NCBI GenBank assembly: GCA_009379995.1
Contig: WHSR01000010.1
Location: forward strand, 18,214-82,213
Source: Streptosporangiales bacterium
GTDB taxonomy: Bacteria > Actinomycetota > Actinomycetes > Streptosporangiales > WHSR01
Direction: 5' to 3'
DNA: 64,000 nucleotides
The notes under the pieces are model-generated. The model had not been told where the DNA came from. It saw only the letters and a list, made by a program, of their open reading frames with translations, and ran no database searches. The translations under genes and the position numbers were made by a program. Of the stretch, positions 44,988-57,759 are shown piece by piece; the stretch's first letter is position 1; every line of letters begins with the position of its first letter.

Positions 44988-46109
44988 GTGGATCGCTGTG
45001 CGCTGTTCGTTGACGCCGGGTATCTGTTGGCGGACGGCGCGATGGCGGTGCACGGGACACGGCACCGCGATGCCGTGTCCTGGGACTACTCCGGGCTGCT
45101 GGAACTTCTCGGACGGCTGGCGAGGGACCGCACAGGGCTTCCCCTGCTGCGCTGCTACTGGTACGAGGCCACAGTCGAGGGGCGCCGTACCGCCGAGCAC
45201 GATGCGCTGGCGGACCTACCCAATCTGAAGCTGCGGCTCGGCCGGATCCGGCCGGGCCGCCGCGAGGGCGTGGACGCCCTCGTCTACCGGGATCTCACCA
45301 TGCTCGCCCGGCGCAGCGCCCTCTGCGACGCCGTGGTGGTGAGCGGGGACGAGGACCTGGTGCAGGCCGTCGCCGACGCCCAGGACTTCGGCGTGCGGGT
45401 GACGGTGGTCCATGTGACCGTGGACGGGAACTGGACGATCGCCCGGACGCTGCGCCAGGAATGCGACGATCTCATCGAGGTCGGCGCCTCCCACCTGCGG
45501 CCGTACGTCAACCTGCTCACCGGGGTGGATACGTCCTCGCCGCCGCTCAGCAACGGCCAGGCGACCAGCACCGGATTCCCCTCCCCCACGATGGCGCCGC
45601 CGCCGAGCCCGCACTCCGGGCCGCACTTCGCCAGCGGTCACCCGTCGGGCCCGCACCCCCTGTCCGCGCCGACGCCGGGCCACGGCCCGATCTCGTCCGC
45701 CGGCTCCGGCCCGATGCACCCTTCCAGCTCCGGTCCCATGCACGCGGGCCCGTCGGGCCCGATGGTCACCGGGCCGTCGAGCGGACCCTCGTACGTGCCG
45801 TCGCAACGCGACACCTACGCACCCGGCCCGAACCTTCCAGCCCCCGTACCGTCCTCGTCGCCGACGTTGAACGACGCGGTCAAGGCCGCGCACCAGGAGG
45901 GACGGGACTTCGGGGAGACCGTCGCCCGGGACGCGCCGGCCCTGTGGCTCGAGGCAGTACTGGCCCGCAAGCCACGGATGCCGTCGGACCTCGAGGCCCG
46001 GCTGCTGCAGGGCTCGTCGCTGCCGATCGACTTCCTGCTACACGACGAGGTACGGCACGCGCTGCGCCGCGGCTTCTGGGACGCTCTCGAACAGTCCCGA
46101 CGACCCTAG
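44988..46109 (+). CDS. NYN/LabA-like domain protein with Pro/Ser/Gly-rich linker
   Basis: Contains VDRCALFVDAGYLL...VVVSGDEDLVQAVADAQDFGVRVTVV (NYN fold). GTG at 44988 follows a GGGGGCGGAG RBS. Confidence 0.65.
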   Translation: MDRCALFVDAGYLLADGAMAVHGTRHRDAVSWDYSGLLELLGRLARDRTGLPLLRCYWYEATVEGRRTAEHDALADLPNLKLRLGRIRPGRREGVDALVYRDLTMLARRSALCDAVVVSGDEDLVQAVADAQDFGVRVTVVHVTVDGNWTIARTLRQECDDLIEVGASHLRPYVNLLTGVDTSSPPLSNGQATSTGFPSPTMAPPPSPHSGPHFASGHPSGPHPLSAPTPGHGPISSAGSGPMHPSSSGPMHAGPSGPMVTGPSSGPSYVPSQRDTYAPGPNLPAPVPSSSPTLNDAVKAAHQEGRDFGETVARDAPALWLEAVLARKPRMPSDLEARLLQGSSLPIDFLLHDEVRHALRRGFWDALEQSRRP

Positions 46110-46161
46110 GGGTCCGCACCATCTCGGGCATTCTTCGCGGACGAGACATCCTTCGACCGAA

Positions 46162-46815
46162 ATGCCCGTGCTCGGGCGCGACGATGCGTACCCTCGAAAC
46201 GTGACCGGTACACCGCTGACGCTGGACGACATCGACGAGCTCGAGTTCGAGGCGGCCCGGACCGGCGACTACGTCGCCGTCGCCGAGCGGCTCGAGTGGC
46301 TCGCCGATACCGCGGGCGACGTCGGCGACGATGCGGTCTCCCGGGCCGAGCTTCTGATGCGGGCCGGCGCGCAGTGGCAGCTGGCCAACCGCCCGGAGCG
46401 GGCCGCCGAGCAGTACCGCCGCGCCCTCGACGACGGCGGGCGTACCGCCGTCGATCCGCGGGCGTACCTGGCCGACGCCCTCTTCGACCTCAGCCGCGAG
46501 GGAGAGGCGCGGCGGCTCATCGCACAGATACGCGCGGAGGGGCCGACGGACCCCGAACTCCACAACTTCCTGGCGGAGACCCTGGAGGCGCAGCGCGATC
46601 TGGAGGGGGCGCACGAGTGGGCCACCGCCGGCCTCGAGCTGGTCCGGGGGCCCGGCCAGGCCCCGTGGGGCCTGCTCGACTCGCTGCTGCGCGCCCGCTA
46701 CCGGGTACGGCGCGAGATGCGCCTCCCCGAGGACGAGCACGACCTGATGCTCGACGCGATGCTCGACGAGGAGGACCGCCAGGCCCGCCCCGGCGATGGC
46801 GATCGAGCGGTCTGA
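46162..46815 (+). CDS. Hypothetical protein (helical repeat-like)
   Basis: Coding-like codon bias but no recognisable motif. The start is uncertain. Confidence 0.35.
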   Translation: MPVLGRDDAYPRNVTGTPLTLDDIDELEFEAARTGDYVAVAERLEWLADTAGDVGDDAVSRAELLMRAGAQWQLANRPERAAEQYRRALDDGGRTAVDPRAYLADALFDLSREGEARRLIAQIRAEGPTDPELHNFLAETLEAQRDLEGAHEWATAGLELVRGPGQAPWGLLDSLLRARYRVRREMRLPEDEHDLMLDAMLDEEDRQARPGDGDRAV

Positions 46816-46829
46816 GCCGTACGGCCGCG

Positions 46830-47255
46830 TTACCGGACGGGCCTGTGGGCCCGGTACCACGCGCCCGCGTTGCCGACCCAGAACAGCGCGACAGCCGCGG
46901 CGATCCAGGCGACGGCCGCGACGCCCAACACGTTGTGGTCGCGCACCAAGCTGTACAGAGCCCACAGGACGTAGATCCCGCCAACGACCGTCAAGGCCGC
47001 GCGTGCCCCGTTGCTGCCCCTCAGCGCGAAGATCGCCAGCACGCTCGCGGCGACGGACGCCACCGCGATGCCCACCCCCCAGGCGACCAGGGCCCTCGGG
47101 TCGGTCCGGAGGCTCTCTGCGAGCTCGGCCGACGTGACCACGTTGGCCAGGCCGACGAAGACACCGAAGGCGGACCCGACATAGGTCATGATCGCCCCAC
47201 CGAGTACGGTGCCGGGGCGCCGCGGCCGATCGCTCTCGTCGCTGCCCACGAGCAT
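46830..47255 (-). CDS. Small 4-TM membrane protein, paralogue of the C-terminal half of 47660..48346
   Basis: Shares RRPGTVLGGAIMTYVGSAF, GSNGAR..LTV.GGI and FWVG...WYRA with the upstream gene. Its ATG overlaps the upstream stop by 1 nt. Confidence 0.5.
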   Translation of the reverse strand: MLVGSDESDRPRRPGTVLGGAIMTYVGSAFGVFVGLANVVTSAELAESLRTDPRALVAWGVGIAVASVAASVLAIFALRGSNGARAALTVVGGIYVLWALYSLVRDHNVLGVAAVAWIAAAVALFWVGNAGAWYRAHRPVR

Positions 47256-47656
47256 CAGTTGCCGTCACTCTGCGCCGTGAACGACCGACCCGGCCAGAAG
47301 GGCCACTCCTCGAAGGCCCGGCACCGTCCGTCCTCCGCGAAGCGCATCACCCACAGGTCCCGGTACTCCTGGTGGACCGGGTCGCCGTAGTAGACCTCCA
47401 CCCGCACCACGGCGGTGTCACCGTCGACGGCGACGACGTCGCTCGTCATCCGGAACACCTCATCCGGGCCGTCGCGGGTCTCCTCCCACATCCGGGCGAT
47501 CGCGGGCAGCCCGACCACCGTCTCCTCGTACGGGCTCTGGAGGTAGGTCGCGTCCTGGGTGAAGACCTCGGCGAGCACGTCGGTGCCCGGGGTGCGCCAG
47601 GCGCGTTCGTAGGCGGCAACCCAGCCCGCGACCTGCTCCCGATCCATGCGAGGCAC
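47255..47656 (-). CDS. SnoaL/NTF2-like family protein
   Basis: Contains VAGWVAAYERAWRTPG...DATYLQSPYEE...VRVEVYYGDP. Confidence 0.6.
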   Translation of the reverse strand: MPRMDREQVAGWVAAYERAWRTPGTDVLAEVFTQDATYLQSPYEETVVGLPAIARMWEETRDGPDEVFRMTSDVVAVDGDTAVVRVEVYYGDPVHQEYRDLWVMRFAEDGRCRAFEEWPFWPGRSFTAQSDGN

Positions 47657-47659
47657 CGG

Positions 47660-48346
47660 CTACCGAGCCGCCTTCTGCGCCCGGTACCACTCGTTGGCGC
47701 CCCCGACCCAGAACAGGACGAGCACGACCCCCACGTACAGGACCGTGACAATGGTCTGCGGCGACCCGGTGACCAGCGACGCCAGGCCCAAGAGGATCTG
47801 GATCCCGCCGATCACTGTGAGCCCGATACGCGCGCCGTTGCTGCCCTTCTGAGCGAAGAGGGCGAGGGCGATCAGGACCGCACCGAGCACCAGGACGAAG
47901 CCGCCGAGGCCGAGGATGACCAGGCGAAGCGTGTTCGGCGGCATGTCACCCATCGCCCCGCTCTCCGCGGCGCCCTCCATGAACGAGGCGCTCACCGCGC
48001 CGCCGATGAGGAGCACCACGCCCAGCAGAACCAGAAAGGCGGACCCGACATAGGTCATGATCGCCCCGCCGAGCACCGTTCCCGGCCGCCGCGGGTGGTC
48101 GTAGGCGCCGTACGCGCCGTAGCCCCACTGTCCTTCCGGCTGGCCCCATGCTCCGCCCTGCGGTGGCTGCTGCCCGCCCGGCGGCGGATAACCCGGCAGC
48201 CCACCGGGAGGCCCCTGCTGAGGGGGGCCTGGTGGGTACTGCGGCCCTCCGGGTGGCTGCTGTTGTCCGTATGTCTGGCCGTACGGAGGCGGCTGCTGAC
48301 CCTCGCCCTGCCCCCAAGGGTCCTGCGAGGAGTACGTATGGCTCAC
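47660..48346 (-). CDS. Membrane protein with Pro/Gly/Gln-rich N-terminal region and 4-TM C-terminal domain
   Basis: The N-terminus is QQPPPYGQTYGQQQPPGGPQYPPGPPQQGPPGG. The TM domain is paralogous to 46830..47255. Confidence 0.5.
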   Translation of the reverse strand: MSHTYSSQDPWGQGEGQQPPPYGQTYGQQQPPGGPQYPPGPPQQGPPGGLPGYPPPGGQQPPQGGAWGQPEGQWGYGAYGAYDHPRRPGTVLGGAIMTYVGSAFLVLLGVVLLIGGAVSASFMEGAAESGAMGDMPPNTLRLVILGLGGFVLVLGAVLIALALFAQKGSNGARIGLTVIGGIQILLGLASLVTGSPQTIVTVLYVGVVLVLFWVGGANEWYRAQKAAR

Positions 48347-48462
48347 TGTCGCTCCCTAGCGTCTATGCTGTGGTCAGTGTCACACGCCAAGCGAAACCGG
48401 AGCCATACTGCCCGATCCGGTGTCCCCAACAGGTCGCGAGGGAGGATACCGTTCGCGGGACG

Positions 48463-49007
48463 TCACAAGTGTGTGCGCCTGATCCTGTCCACGACCCGCC
48501 ACACCGACGTCGATGGATTCATCTGATGAGCGGTTCCCGACGGGTCCAACCTCCTGGCCCGCTCACATGCCACAGGGACCCCGTCACGGTAGTCCGCGAA
48601 GTCGACGACGGCCTTGTCGTAGTGCGGCACGTGCCTTCTGAGCAGAGGCAGCAAAAGCAGCCATACCTCGAAGCACGGGTTCGAGACGGCCAGGTTGATG
48701 CGGTGTCGCTTGCCCAGGCGGGCGGCCGCCGCGAGGTCCCGGAACTCGTCGACGTCGAAGACGCACCACACCTCGTCGAACTCGTCCGGGTTATCCCTTC
48801 TTAGCCGGTACGCGTAGTTGACAACCTCGCTGGGCACGGATTCGTTCGGACCGTCACGGTGACGGCGGGATTCCGTTCCGCTCTGCGTAGCCCGTCTAAG
48901 TACTGCTTCTCGGTCTGCCGTCCGCCGCAAACGACGAGAAGCCTGGTAGCGAGGTGATGTCGGGCAGTCGGTCGTCGGGTACGACCCTCCCGACTGCGGT
49001 TACCCAT
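48463..49007 (-). pseudogene. RloB-like protein, frameshifted near 48845-48860
   Basis: The N-terminal frame reads [19 protein letters not shown], which matches the RloB motif (I/L)(I/V)CEG.KTE..Y. The second frame reads [15 protein letters not shown]...[16 protein letters not shown]...[13 protein letters not shown]. Confidence 0.6.
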
Positions 49008-49012
49008 CGGCC

Positions 49013-49210
49013 GTGGCTGGTGAAGACCAGCTGGGCGTTGCGTGGATTGGTGCGCGGCTCGCGGAACATCCTAATGATCTCGGCCGAGAGATAGGGATGC
49101 AGGCTGGCATCCAGCTCATCCACGGCAAGGACCGATCCATCCTCCAGCGCTACCAGGGCCGAGATGCCGACCTGTAGCAGCGCCTGGGTTCCGAGGGATT
49201 GATCGCGGAG
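49013..49210 (-). pseudogene. Fragment of an AAA_21/ABC-type ATPase (RloA-like), Walker B/D-loop region only
   Basis: Own translation: LRDQSLGTQALLQVGISALVALEDGSVLAVDELDASLHPYLSAEIIRMFREPRTNPRNAQLVFTSH. The Walker A half and the C-terminal tail are missing. Confidence 0.5.
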
Positions 49211-49259
49211 AGTGAGAAGCTCGGTCCCAGGACTCGCAGCGTCGGCGCTGCGGCGCGGA

Positions 49260-51881
49260 TCAGACCGGCTCGGCCGGCTTGGCCCGGGAGTCCTCGGCCG
49301 ACATGACCTCCAGGGCGTCGGCGTCCCCGTTCACGTCGACCAGCACCTCGCCGCCGTCGCGGATCTCGCCGGCCAGCAGCTTACGGGCGAGCTGGTCGCC
49401 GATCGCCACCTGCGCCAGCCGGCGCAACGGCCGGGCCCCGAAGACCGGGTCGTACCCGGTCAACGCGAGCCACTCGCGGGCGCCCGGCGTCACGGTGAGG
49501 GTGAGCCGCCGGTCGGCGAGGCGGCGAGCCAGCCGCTCGACCTGCAGGTCGACGATCTTCGTCAGCTCCTCGCTGCCGAGGGCCTCGAAGACGATCACGT
49601 CGTCGAGCCGGTTCAGGAACTCCGGCTTGAAGGTGGCCCGTACCACCCCCATGACCGCGTCCCGGCGCCCACCCTCGTCCACCGTGGGGTCGCTGAGGAA
49701 CTGCGAGCCCAGGTTCGAGGTGAGGATCAGGATCGTGTTGCGGAAGTCGACGGTGCGACCCTGCCCGTCGGTGAGCCGACCGTCGTCGAGCACCTGCAGC
49801 AGGACGTCGAACACCTCGGTGTGGGCCTTCTCCACCTCGTCCAGCAGCACCACGCAGTACGGCCGGCGGCGGACCGACTCGGTGAGTTGGCCGCCCTCCT
49901 CGTAGCCGACGTACCCCGGGGGCGCGCCGACCAGCCGGGCCACCGAGTGCTTCTCTGAGTACTCGCTCATGTCGATACGGACCATGGCCCGCTCGTCGTC
50001 GAAGAGGAACTCCGCGAGCGCCTTGGCCAGCTCGGTCTTGCCCACCCCGGTCGGGCCGAGGAACAGGAACGATCCGGTGGGCCGGTCCGGGTCGGAGACC
50101 CCCGCCCGGGCCCGGCGTACCGCGTCGGAAACGGCCCGGACGGCACGCTCCTGGCCGATCACCCGCCGGCCGATCTCCTCCTCCATGCGCAGCAGCTTGG
50201 CGGTCTCGCCCTCCAGCAGCCGGCCGACCGGGACGCCGGTCCAGCTCGACACCACCTCGGCGACGTCGTCCGGCCCCACCTCCTCCTTGACCATCGCCTC
50301 GCTGGGGTTGCCCGCCGCGCTCGACTCGCTCGCCTCGGCCAGCTCCTTCTCCGTCGCGGGGATCTCCCCGTACATGAGCCGGGCGGCCGTCTCGAAGTCG
50401 CCGTCGCGCTGGGCGCGCTCGGCCTGGCCGTGCAGGTCGTCGAGGCGCTTCTTCAGCTCACCCACCCGGTTGAGCCCGGACTTCTCCCGTTCCCAGCGGG
50501 CGACGAGCGCGTTCAGCTGTTCCTGCCGGTCGGCCAGCTCGGCGCGGAGCCGCTCCAGCCGTTCCCTGCTGGCCGCGTCGTCCTCCTTGGACAGCGCGAG
50601 CTCCTCCATCCGCATCCGGTCAACGGCACGCTGCAGCTCGTCGATCTCCACCGGCCGGGAGTCGATCTCCATCCGCAGCCTCGACGCCGCCTCGTCGATG
50701 AGGTCGATCGCCTTGTCCGGCAGGAACCGGGCGGTGATGTAGCGGTCGGACAGCGTGGCCGACGCGATCAGCGCCGCGTCGCTGATCACCACCTGGTGAT
50801 GCGCCTCGTAGCGGCCCTTGAGCCCGCGCAGGATGGCTATCGTGTCCTCGACCGAGGGCTCGCCGACCAGCACCTGCTGGAACCGCCGCTCCAGGGCGGG
50901 GTCCTTCTCGATCCGCTCACGGTACTCGTCCAGCGTCGTCGCGCCGATCATCCGCAGCTCGCCGCGGGCCAGCATGGGCTTGAGCATGTTGCCGGCATCC
51001 ATCGCGCCCTCGGCGGCGCCGGCGCCGACCACCGTGTGCAGCTCGTCGATGAACGTGATGATCTGCCCGTCGCTCTGCTTGATCTCGTTCAGAACCGCCT
51101 TGAGCCGCTCCTCGAACTCGCCGCGGTACTTCGCGCCCGCGACCATGGCCGCGATGTCCAGCGCCACCAGGCGTCGGTTCTTCAGCGACTCCGGCACGTC
51201 GCCGGCGACGATGCGCTGCGCCAGCCCTTCGGCGATGGCGGTCTTGCCAACGCCCGGGTCGCCGATGAGGACCGGGTTGTTCTTGGTACGCCGGGAGAGC
51301 ACCTGGACGACGCGCCGGATCTCGGCGTCCCGGCCCACTATCGGGTCGAGCTTCCCGGCCCGGGCGCTTTCGGTCAGGTCGACGCCGTACTTCTCCAGCG
51401 CCCGGTACGTGTCCTCCGGGTTCTCCGAGGTCACCCGGGTCTGCCCACGGACCTTCTCGAACGCCTCGAGCAGCGCGTCCGGGGTCGCGCCCGCCTCGAC
51501 CAGCAGGCGTCCCGACGGCTCGGTCCGGCCGCTGGCCAACCCGACCAGCAGATGCTCCGTCGAGACGTACTCGTCCTCGAGCCCGCGGGCCCGCTGCGCA
51601 GCGGTGTTGAGCGCCGCCAGGAGCGGGCGGGAGGTGTCGGGGGCCCCGACCGTGCTGCCTGACGCCTTCGGCAGCCTGCCGAGCAGCTCCTCCGTGGACC
51701 GCCGCAGGTGGGCCGGATCGGCACCGACCGCCTGCAGCAGAGGCACCGCGGTGCCGTCCGACTGCTCCAGCAGCGCCAGCAGCAGATGCGCCGGCTCCAC
51801 CTGCGGGTGGCCGTCGGCGGCCGCCCGCCGTACGGCCCCGGACAGGGCCTCCTGGCTTCTCTGCGTCAGCTTGTAGTCCAT
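49260..51881 (-). CDS. clpB: ATP-dependent chaperone ClpB
   Basis: The start is [13 protein letters not shown]. It has two AAA+ modules ([22 protein letters not shown]) and the middle coiled-coil. Confidence 0.95.
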   Translation of the reverse strand: MDYKLTQRSQEALSGAVRRAAADGHPQVEPAHLLLALLEQSDGTAVPLLQAVGADPAHLRRSTEELLGRLPKASGSTVGAPDTSRPLLAALNTAAQRARGLEDEYVSTEHLLVGLASGRTEPSGRLLVEAGATPDALLEAFEKVRGQTRVTSENPEDTYRALEKYGVDLTESARAGKLDPIVGRDAEIRRVVQVLSRRTKNNPVLIGDPGVGKTAIAEGLAQRIVAGDVPESLKNRRLVALDIAAMVAGAKYRGEFEERLKAVLNEIKQSDGQIITFIDELHTVVGAGAAEGAMDAGNMLKPMLARGELRMIGATTLDEYRERIEKDPALERRFQQVLVGEPSVEDTIAILRGLKGRYEAHHQVVISDAALIASATLSDRYITARFLPDKAIDLIDEAASRLRMEIDSRPVEIDELQRAVDRMRMEELALSKEDDAASRERLERLRAELADRQEQLNALVARWEREKSGLNRVGELKKRLDDLHGQAERAQRDGDFETAARLMYGEIPATEKELAEASESSAAGNPSEAMVKEEVGPDDVAEVVSSWTGVPVGRLLEGETAKLLRMEEEIGRRVIGQERAVRAVSDAVRRARAGVSDPDRPTGSFLFLGPTGVGKTELAKALAEFLFDDERAMVRIDMSEYSEKHSVARLVGAPPGYVGYEEGGQLTESVRRRPYCVVLLDEVEKAHTEVFDVLLQVLDDGRLTDGQGRTVDFRNTILILTSNLGSQFLSDPTVDEGGRRDAVMGVVRATFKPEFLNRLDDVIVFEALGSEELTKIVDLQVERLARRLADRRLTLTVTPGAREWLALTGYDPVFGARPLRRLAQVAIGDQLARKLLAGEIRDGGEVLVDVNGDADALEVMSAEDSRAKPAEPV

Positions 51882-51886
51882 GTTCC

Positions 51887-52366
51887 TTACTCGGGATTGT
51901 CCACAGGGTTGTCCGGGCCCATGTTCGGCCGTGGCCGCCACCGGACGATGCCCGTCTCGCTGACGGGCATCGCATACTCACGGGCGGGTACGACGTCGTG
52001 GCGGTGCAGCGACCGCAGCTCAGCGAGCTGCATGGTTGCCGCGTACCGCACCGCCTCCAGCTCCCTGCGCAGGGATTCGACCTGCGCGTGCAGTTCGACG
52101 ACGAGGGTCTCCAGCTCCAGGATGCGCTTGACGCCGGCGAGGTTGATGCCCTCGTCCTGGGAGAGCCGCTGCACCTCGCGGAGCATCAGGATGTCGCGCA
52201 TCGAGTAGCGGCGGCCTCGGCCCGCCGTCCGGCCCGGGGACACGAGCCCCATCCGGTCATAGGCCCGCAGCGTCTGCGGGTGCAGCCCGGACAGCTCCGC
52301 GGCCACGGAGATGACGTAGACCGGCGCGTCGTCGGAGAGTTCGAACGGGTTCGGCTGCTCGCTCAT
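51887..52366 (-). CDS. hspR: MerR-family heat-shock repressor HspR
   Basis: [44 protein letters not shown] is the MerR HTH. It sits downstream of dnaJ. Confidence 0.85.
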   Translation of the reverse strand: MSEQPNPFELSDDAPVYVISVAAELSGLHPQTLRAYDRMGLVSPGRTAGRGRRYSMRDILMLREVQRLSQDEGINLAGVKRILELETLVVELHAQVESLRRELEAVRYAATMQLAELRSLHRHDVVPAREYAMPVSETGIVRWRPRPNMGPDNPVDNPE

Positions 52367-53526
52367 CTCGTCTCCTCGCCCTTCGCCATCTGCAGGAGCC
52401 CGCTGCGCGGATCATCGCCGGCCGTGGCGCTGCGGAACTCCTCGAGGGCCTCCTTGGCCTTGCCACCCACGTTCTGCGGCACCAGAACCTCGACGGTGAC
52501 CAGCAGGTCGCCCTTGGTTCCGTCGCGCCGGCTGGCCCCCTTGCCGCGCACCCGGAACGTCCGTCCGTTCGGCGTGCCCGGCGGCACCCGTACGGTGACC
52601 GGAGCGCCGCCCAGCGTCGGCACCTTGATCTCGGCGCCCAGGGCGGCCTCGGGGAACGTGACCGGCACGGTGACCGTCAGGTTCTCCGCGGACCGCCCGA
52701 ACACCGGGTGCGGCTTGACGTGACAGACCACGTACAGGTCGCCCGGCGGGCCGCCGTGCTCTCCGGGCGCACCCTTGCCCTTGAGCCGGATCCGCTGCCC
52801 GTCGGCCACGCCCGCGGGGATCCGGACCCGGACGGTCCGGGTGCTCATCGCTCGCCCGCTGCCGTGGCACGTCGGGCATGGATCGTCAACCACGAGCCCG
52901 CGGCCGTGGCACTCCCGGCACGGCTCGGAGAACGCGAAGCTGCCCAGGTTACGGGCCGACTGCCCGGAACCCTCACAGGACGGACAGACCCGTGGCGTGG
53001 TGCCCACGCGCGCCCCGGTGCCGCGGCACGAGCCGCACGCCGCCTCGCTGCTCAGCCGCAGCGGCGCGGTCACCCCGTCGATCGACTCGGTGAACGAGAG
53101 GCTCACCTCGGACTCCACGTCGGCACCGCGGCGGGGCCGGGTACGGACCCGGCCCCCGAACAGCCCGCCGAACAGGTCACCGATGCCGCCGCCGCCGCGG
53201 GAGCCAGCGGGCCCCTCGCCGAAGGTGCCGAACAGGTCGCCGAGGTCGAAGCCGCCCGGCCTGCCGGCGCCGGTACGGAATCCACCGCTGCCGAAGAGCG
53301 CCCGCGCCTCGTCGTACTCCTTGCGCCGTTTCTCGTCGGACAGCACGTCGTAGGCCTCGGAGACCTCCTTGAACTTGTCCTCGGCCTCGGTGTTGCCCTT
53401 GTTGGCGTCCGGGTGGTACTTGCGGGCCAGCTTGCGGTAGGCCTTCTTGATGTCGTCGGCGCTGGCGTTCTTCGAGACGCCGAGGATCGCGTAGTAGTCC
53501 TTCTCGAGAAAGTCCCTCGCGCTCAT
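52363..53526 (-). CDS. dnaJ: Molecular chaperone DnaJ
   Basis: Has a J domain (DYYAILGV...KYHPD), a G/F region and four CxxCxGxG motifs. Confidence 0.95.
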   Translation of the reverse strand: MSARDFLEKDYYAILGVSKNASADDIKKAYRKLARKYHPDANKGNTEAEDKFKEVSEAYDVLSDEKRRKEYDEARALFGSGGFRTGAGRPGGFDLGDLFGTFGEGPAGSRGGGGIGDLFGGLFGGRVRTRPRRGADVESEVSLSFTESIDGVTAPLRLSSEAACGSCRGTGARVGTTPRVCPSCEGSGQSARNLGSFAFSEPCRECHGRGLVVDDPCPTCHGSGRAMSTRTVRVRIPAGVADGQRIRLKGKGAPGEHGGPPGDLYVVCHVKPHPVFGRSAENLTVTVPVTFPEAALGAEIKVPTLGGAPVTVRVPPGTPNGRTFRVRGKGASRRDGTKGDLLVTVEVLVPQNVGGKAKEALEEFRSATAGDDPRSGLLQMAKGEETR

Positions 53527-53571
53527 CGGCGTCCCCTCTTCTTTGCCCTCTTACTGATCAAGATCGATCGA

Positions 53572-54410
53572 TCAACGCTGGCGGTCGGTCTCTTCCTCGC
53601 CGGTGTCGGCATCCGAAGAGCGCTCCGCCTCGCCGACTCCCTCCTCGGGCTGCTCGGCCTGCTGCTCCGCGTGCTCGGCCTGCTCGGTCGGCTCCTCGGT
53701 CGGCTCCTCGGTCGGCTCGGCGTTCTCGTGCCCAGCGTCGGTTTCCTCGGCCTCGTCGGGCGCGGGCTCGGCGACCGCTACCCGGGCGGGCCGCAGGATG
53801 CGCCCGGCCAGCCGGTAGCCCGGCTGCAGGACCTCCACACAGGTCGACTCGGTGACCTCCGTGGAGTAGCTGTGCATGAGCGCCTCGTGCTCGGTCGGGT
53901 CGAACGGCTGGCCCTTCTCCCCGAAGCGGGCGAGACCCAGCTTGGTAACGATCTGCTCGAAGCCCTCCGCGATCTTCTGAAACCCGCCGGTCAGCTCGCC
54001 ATGTTTGCGGGCACGGTCGATGTCGTCGAAGACCGGGATCAGATCGGTGAGGACGTTGGCGAGCGCCTGCTCGCGCACCGCCAGCCGGTCTCGCTCCACC
54101 CGCTTGCGGTAGTTGACGAACTCCGCCTGGAGGCGCTGCAGGTCGTCGGTGCGTTCGGTGAGCTGCGCACGCAGCGACTCGGTCTCGTCGTCCTTGGCCG
54201 AGTCCTCGGCGGCGTCGCCGGCCGGCGCGACCTTCGCCCGGCCGCCCCGCTGCGCGTCACCCCCCGGCGCCGCCGACGCGGGAGCCGGCCCCTCGGCCGG
54301 CTCCCGCACAGCGCCCGTCTTCGGGTCGATGCGGCGCTTGTCACGGACCACCGGGCCCTGGCGCTCCTCGTTTTCCTGCTCCCGCGCCTCGGGGTCGGTC
54401 TTGCGGTCCG

Positions 54411-54414
<4 letters not shown>
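53572..54414 (-). CDS. grpE: Nucleotide exchange factor GrpE
   Basis: Contains [18 protein letters not shown]...[11 protein letters not shown]...[14 protein letters not shown]. Confidence 0.9.
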
Positions 54415-56279
<1,865 letters not shown>

Positions 56280-56393
56280 AGGTACGTCCTCCGTCGTACG
56301 TTGCGATCACCCGGCCGTCGTCGAACGGACGGACGGCCGTCAAGTTGCGTCTGGCAGAGTCAATCTGCCTTGCCGGCTCGTCGGTGTCAAATG

Positions 56394-56417
56394 AAGTGAG
56401 TCGACTAGGCTCAACTT
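56394..56417 (-). promoter_or_regulatory. Candidate HspR operator (HAIR-like inverted repeat) upstream of dnaK
   Basis: Minus strand reads AAGTTGAGCCTAGTCGACTCACTT, that is TTGAG-N9-CTCAC. The HAIR core is TTGAG-N9-CTCAA (CTTGAGT-N7-ACTCAAG). It lies ~115-140 nt upstream of the dnaK ATG. Confidence 0.4.
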
Positions 56418-56514
56418 TGCTGTCGCATCGTCCAACAACGACGAGCCGTACGGGTATTCCGCCCAGTTAATCCCGGTTGACTACCGGGGCGGGGCGACGG
56501 GAGATTGGGCCATC

Positions 56515-57759
56515 GTGACAAGGGGGGCGGCGGGCCAGGAGGGCGGGGGTGCGGGAGGGACGCTGCACCGGCTCGCGGTGTTGTGGCTCGTCGGTCTCAA
56601 CCTGCGGATCACGGTCCTTGCGCTTCCGCCGGTGCTGCCGGCGGTCCGCGACGCGTTCGCGCTGAGCCAGGCGGCGCTCGCCGCCCTCACCACACTGCCG
56701 GTGCTGCTGCTCGCGGCCGGAGCACCGGTGGGGTCGGCGATCATCGCCCGCATCGGGCCGTACCGCGCCCTCTTCCTCGGGCTCCTCGTCATCGCCAGTG
56801 CCTCGGCGCTGCGCGGGCCGCTCACCCATGGCTCGCCCGGGGCCGTGATGTTGTTCACCCTCACCTTCCTCATGGGTCTGGCGATCGCGACGATCCAGCC
56901 CACCCTGCCGGCCCTCGTCCACCGGTGGCTGGAACGCTCCGCCGCGCTCGGCACCGCGACCTACATGAACGGGCTGCTGGTCGGGGAGATGCTGGCCGCG
57001 TCGCTCACCCTGCCCCTGGTGCTGCCGCTGGTGGGTGTGTGGCGGGGTGTGCTGGTCGCCTGGTCGCTCCCCGCCGTATTCGCGGCGCTCGCGCTGCTCA
57101 CGTTGCGGGGGGCTGCCGTGAGGTCGGGTCCCGTACGACGGGGGGTGGGCCCGAACGGCAGGGGGACGGGAAAGACAGGCATCTGGCCGAACTGGCGCTC
57201 CGGGTCGACCTGGCGGCTCGGTCTGCTGCAGGGCGGCGCGTCGGTGGTGTACTTCACCGGCAACACCTTCCTGCCCACGTACCTGCACGCGACCGACATG
57301 CCGGGCCTGGTGGGGCCGAGCCTGACCGCGCTCAACACCGCGCAGGTCCCAGCGTCCCTGCTGCTCGCCGTGCTGCCCACGGCCTGGGTCACCAGCCCGC
57401 TGCTGGCCGCGGCGCTTGGCGTGGTCACGATCCTCGGACTCGCACTCCTGCTGATTGCCGCGCCGATCCCGGTGCTGGCGGGGGCGGCCGTGATCGGGTT
57501 CACCTCGGCCGTGCTGCTGATCATCGCCTTCACGCTGCCGGTAATCGTGGCCGCCGAGGACGCACACCGCGCGTCCGCCGGCATGTTCACCATCGGGTAC
57601 GGGCTCGCGTTCCTGTTGCCGCTGCTCGGCGGCTCGCTGTGGGACGCCACCGGCCAGCCGGCGCTGGCGTTCGCTCCCGCGTTCCTCAGCGCCCTGTGGG
57701 TCCTCGTCCTCGCGCCGAGCCTGCGACAGCGCGCCCGACCTGCCGACGCCTCGAGCTGA
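56515..57759 (+). CDS. MFS transporter (CynX/NimT-like)
   Basis: 12 TM helices. LVGLNLRITVLALPPVLP is typical of the cyanate-permease-like MFS group. Confidence 0.7.
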   Translation: MTRGAAGQEGGGAGGTLHRLAVLWLVGLNLRITVLALPPVLPAVRDAFALSQAALAALTTLPVLLLAAGAPVGSAIIARIGPYRALFLGLLVIASASALRGPLTHGSPGAVMLFTLTFLMGLAIATIQPTLPALVHRWLERSAALGTATYMNGLLVGEMLAASLTLPLVLPLVGVWRGVLVAWSLPAVFAALALLTLRGAAVRSGPVRRGVGPNGRGTGKTGIWPNWRSGSTWRLGLLQGGASVVYFTGNTFLPTYLHATDMPGLVGPSLTALNTAQVPASLLLAVLPTAWVTSPLLAAALGVVTILGLALLLIAAPIPVLAGAAVIGFTSAVLLIIAFTLPVIVAAEDAHRASAGMFTIGYGLAFLLPLLGGSLWDATGQPALAFAPAFLSALWVLVLAPSLRQRARPADASS

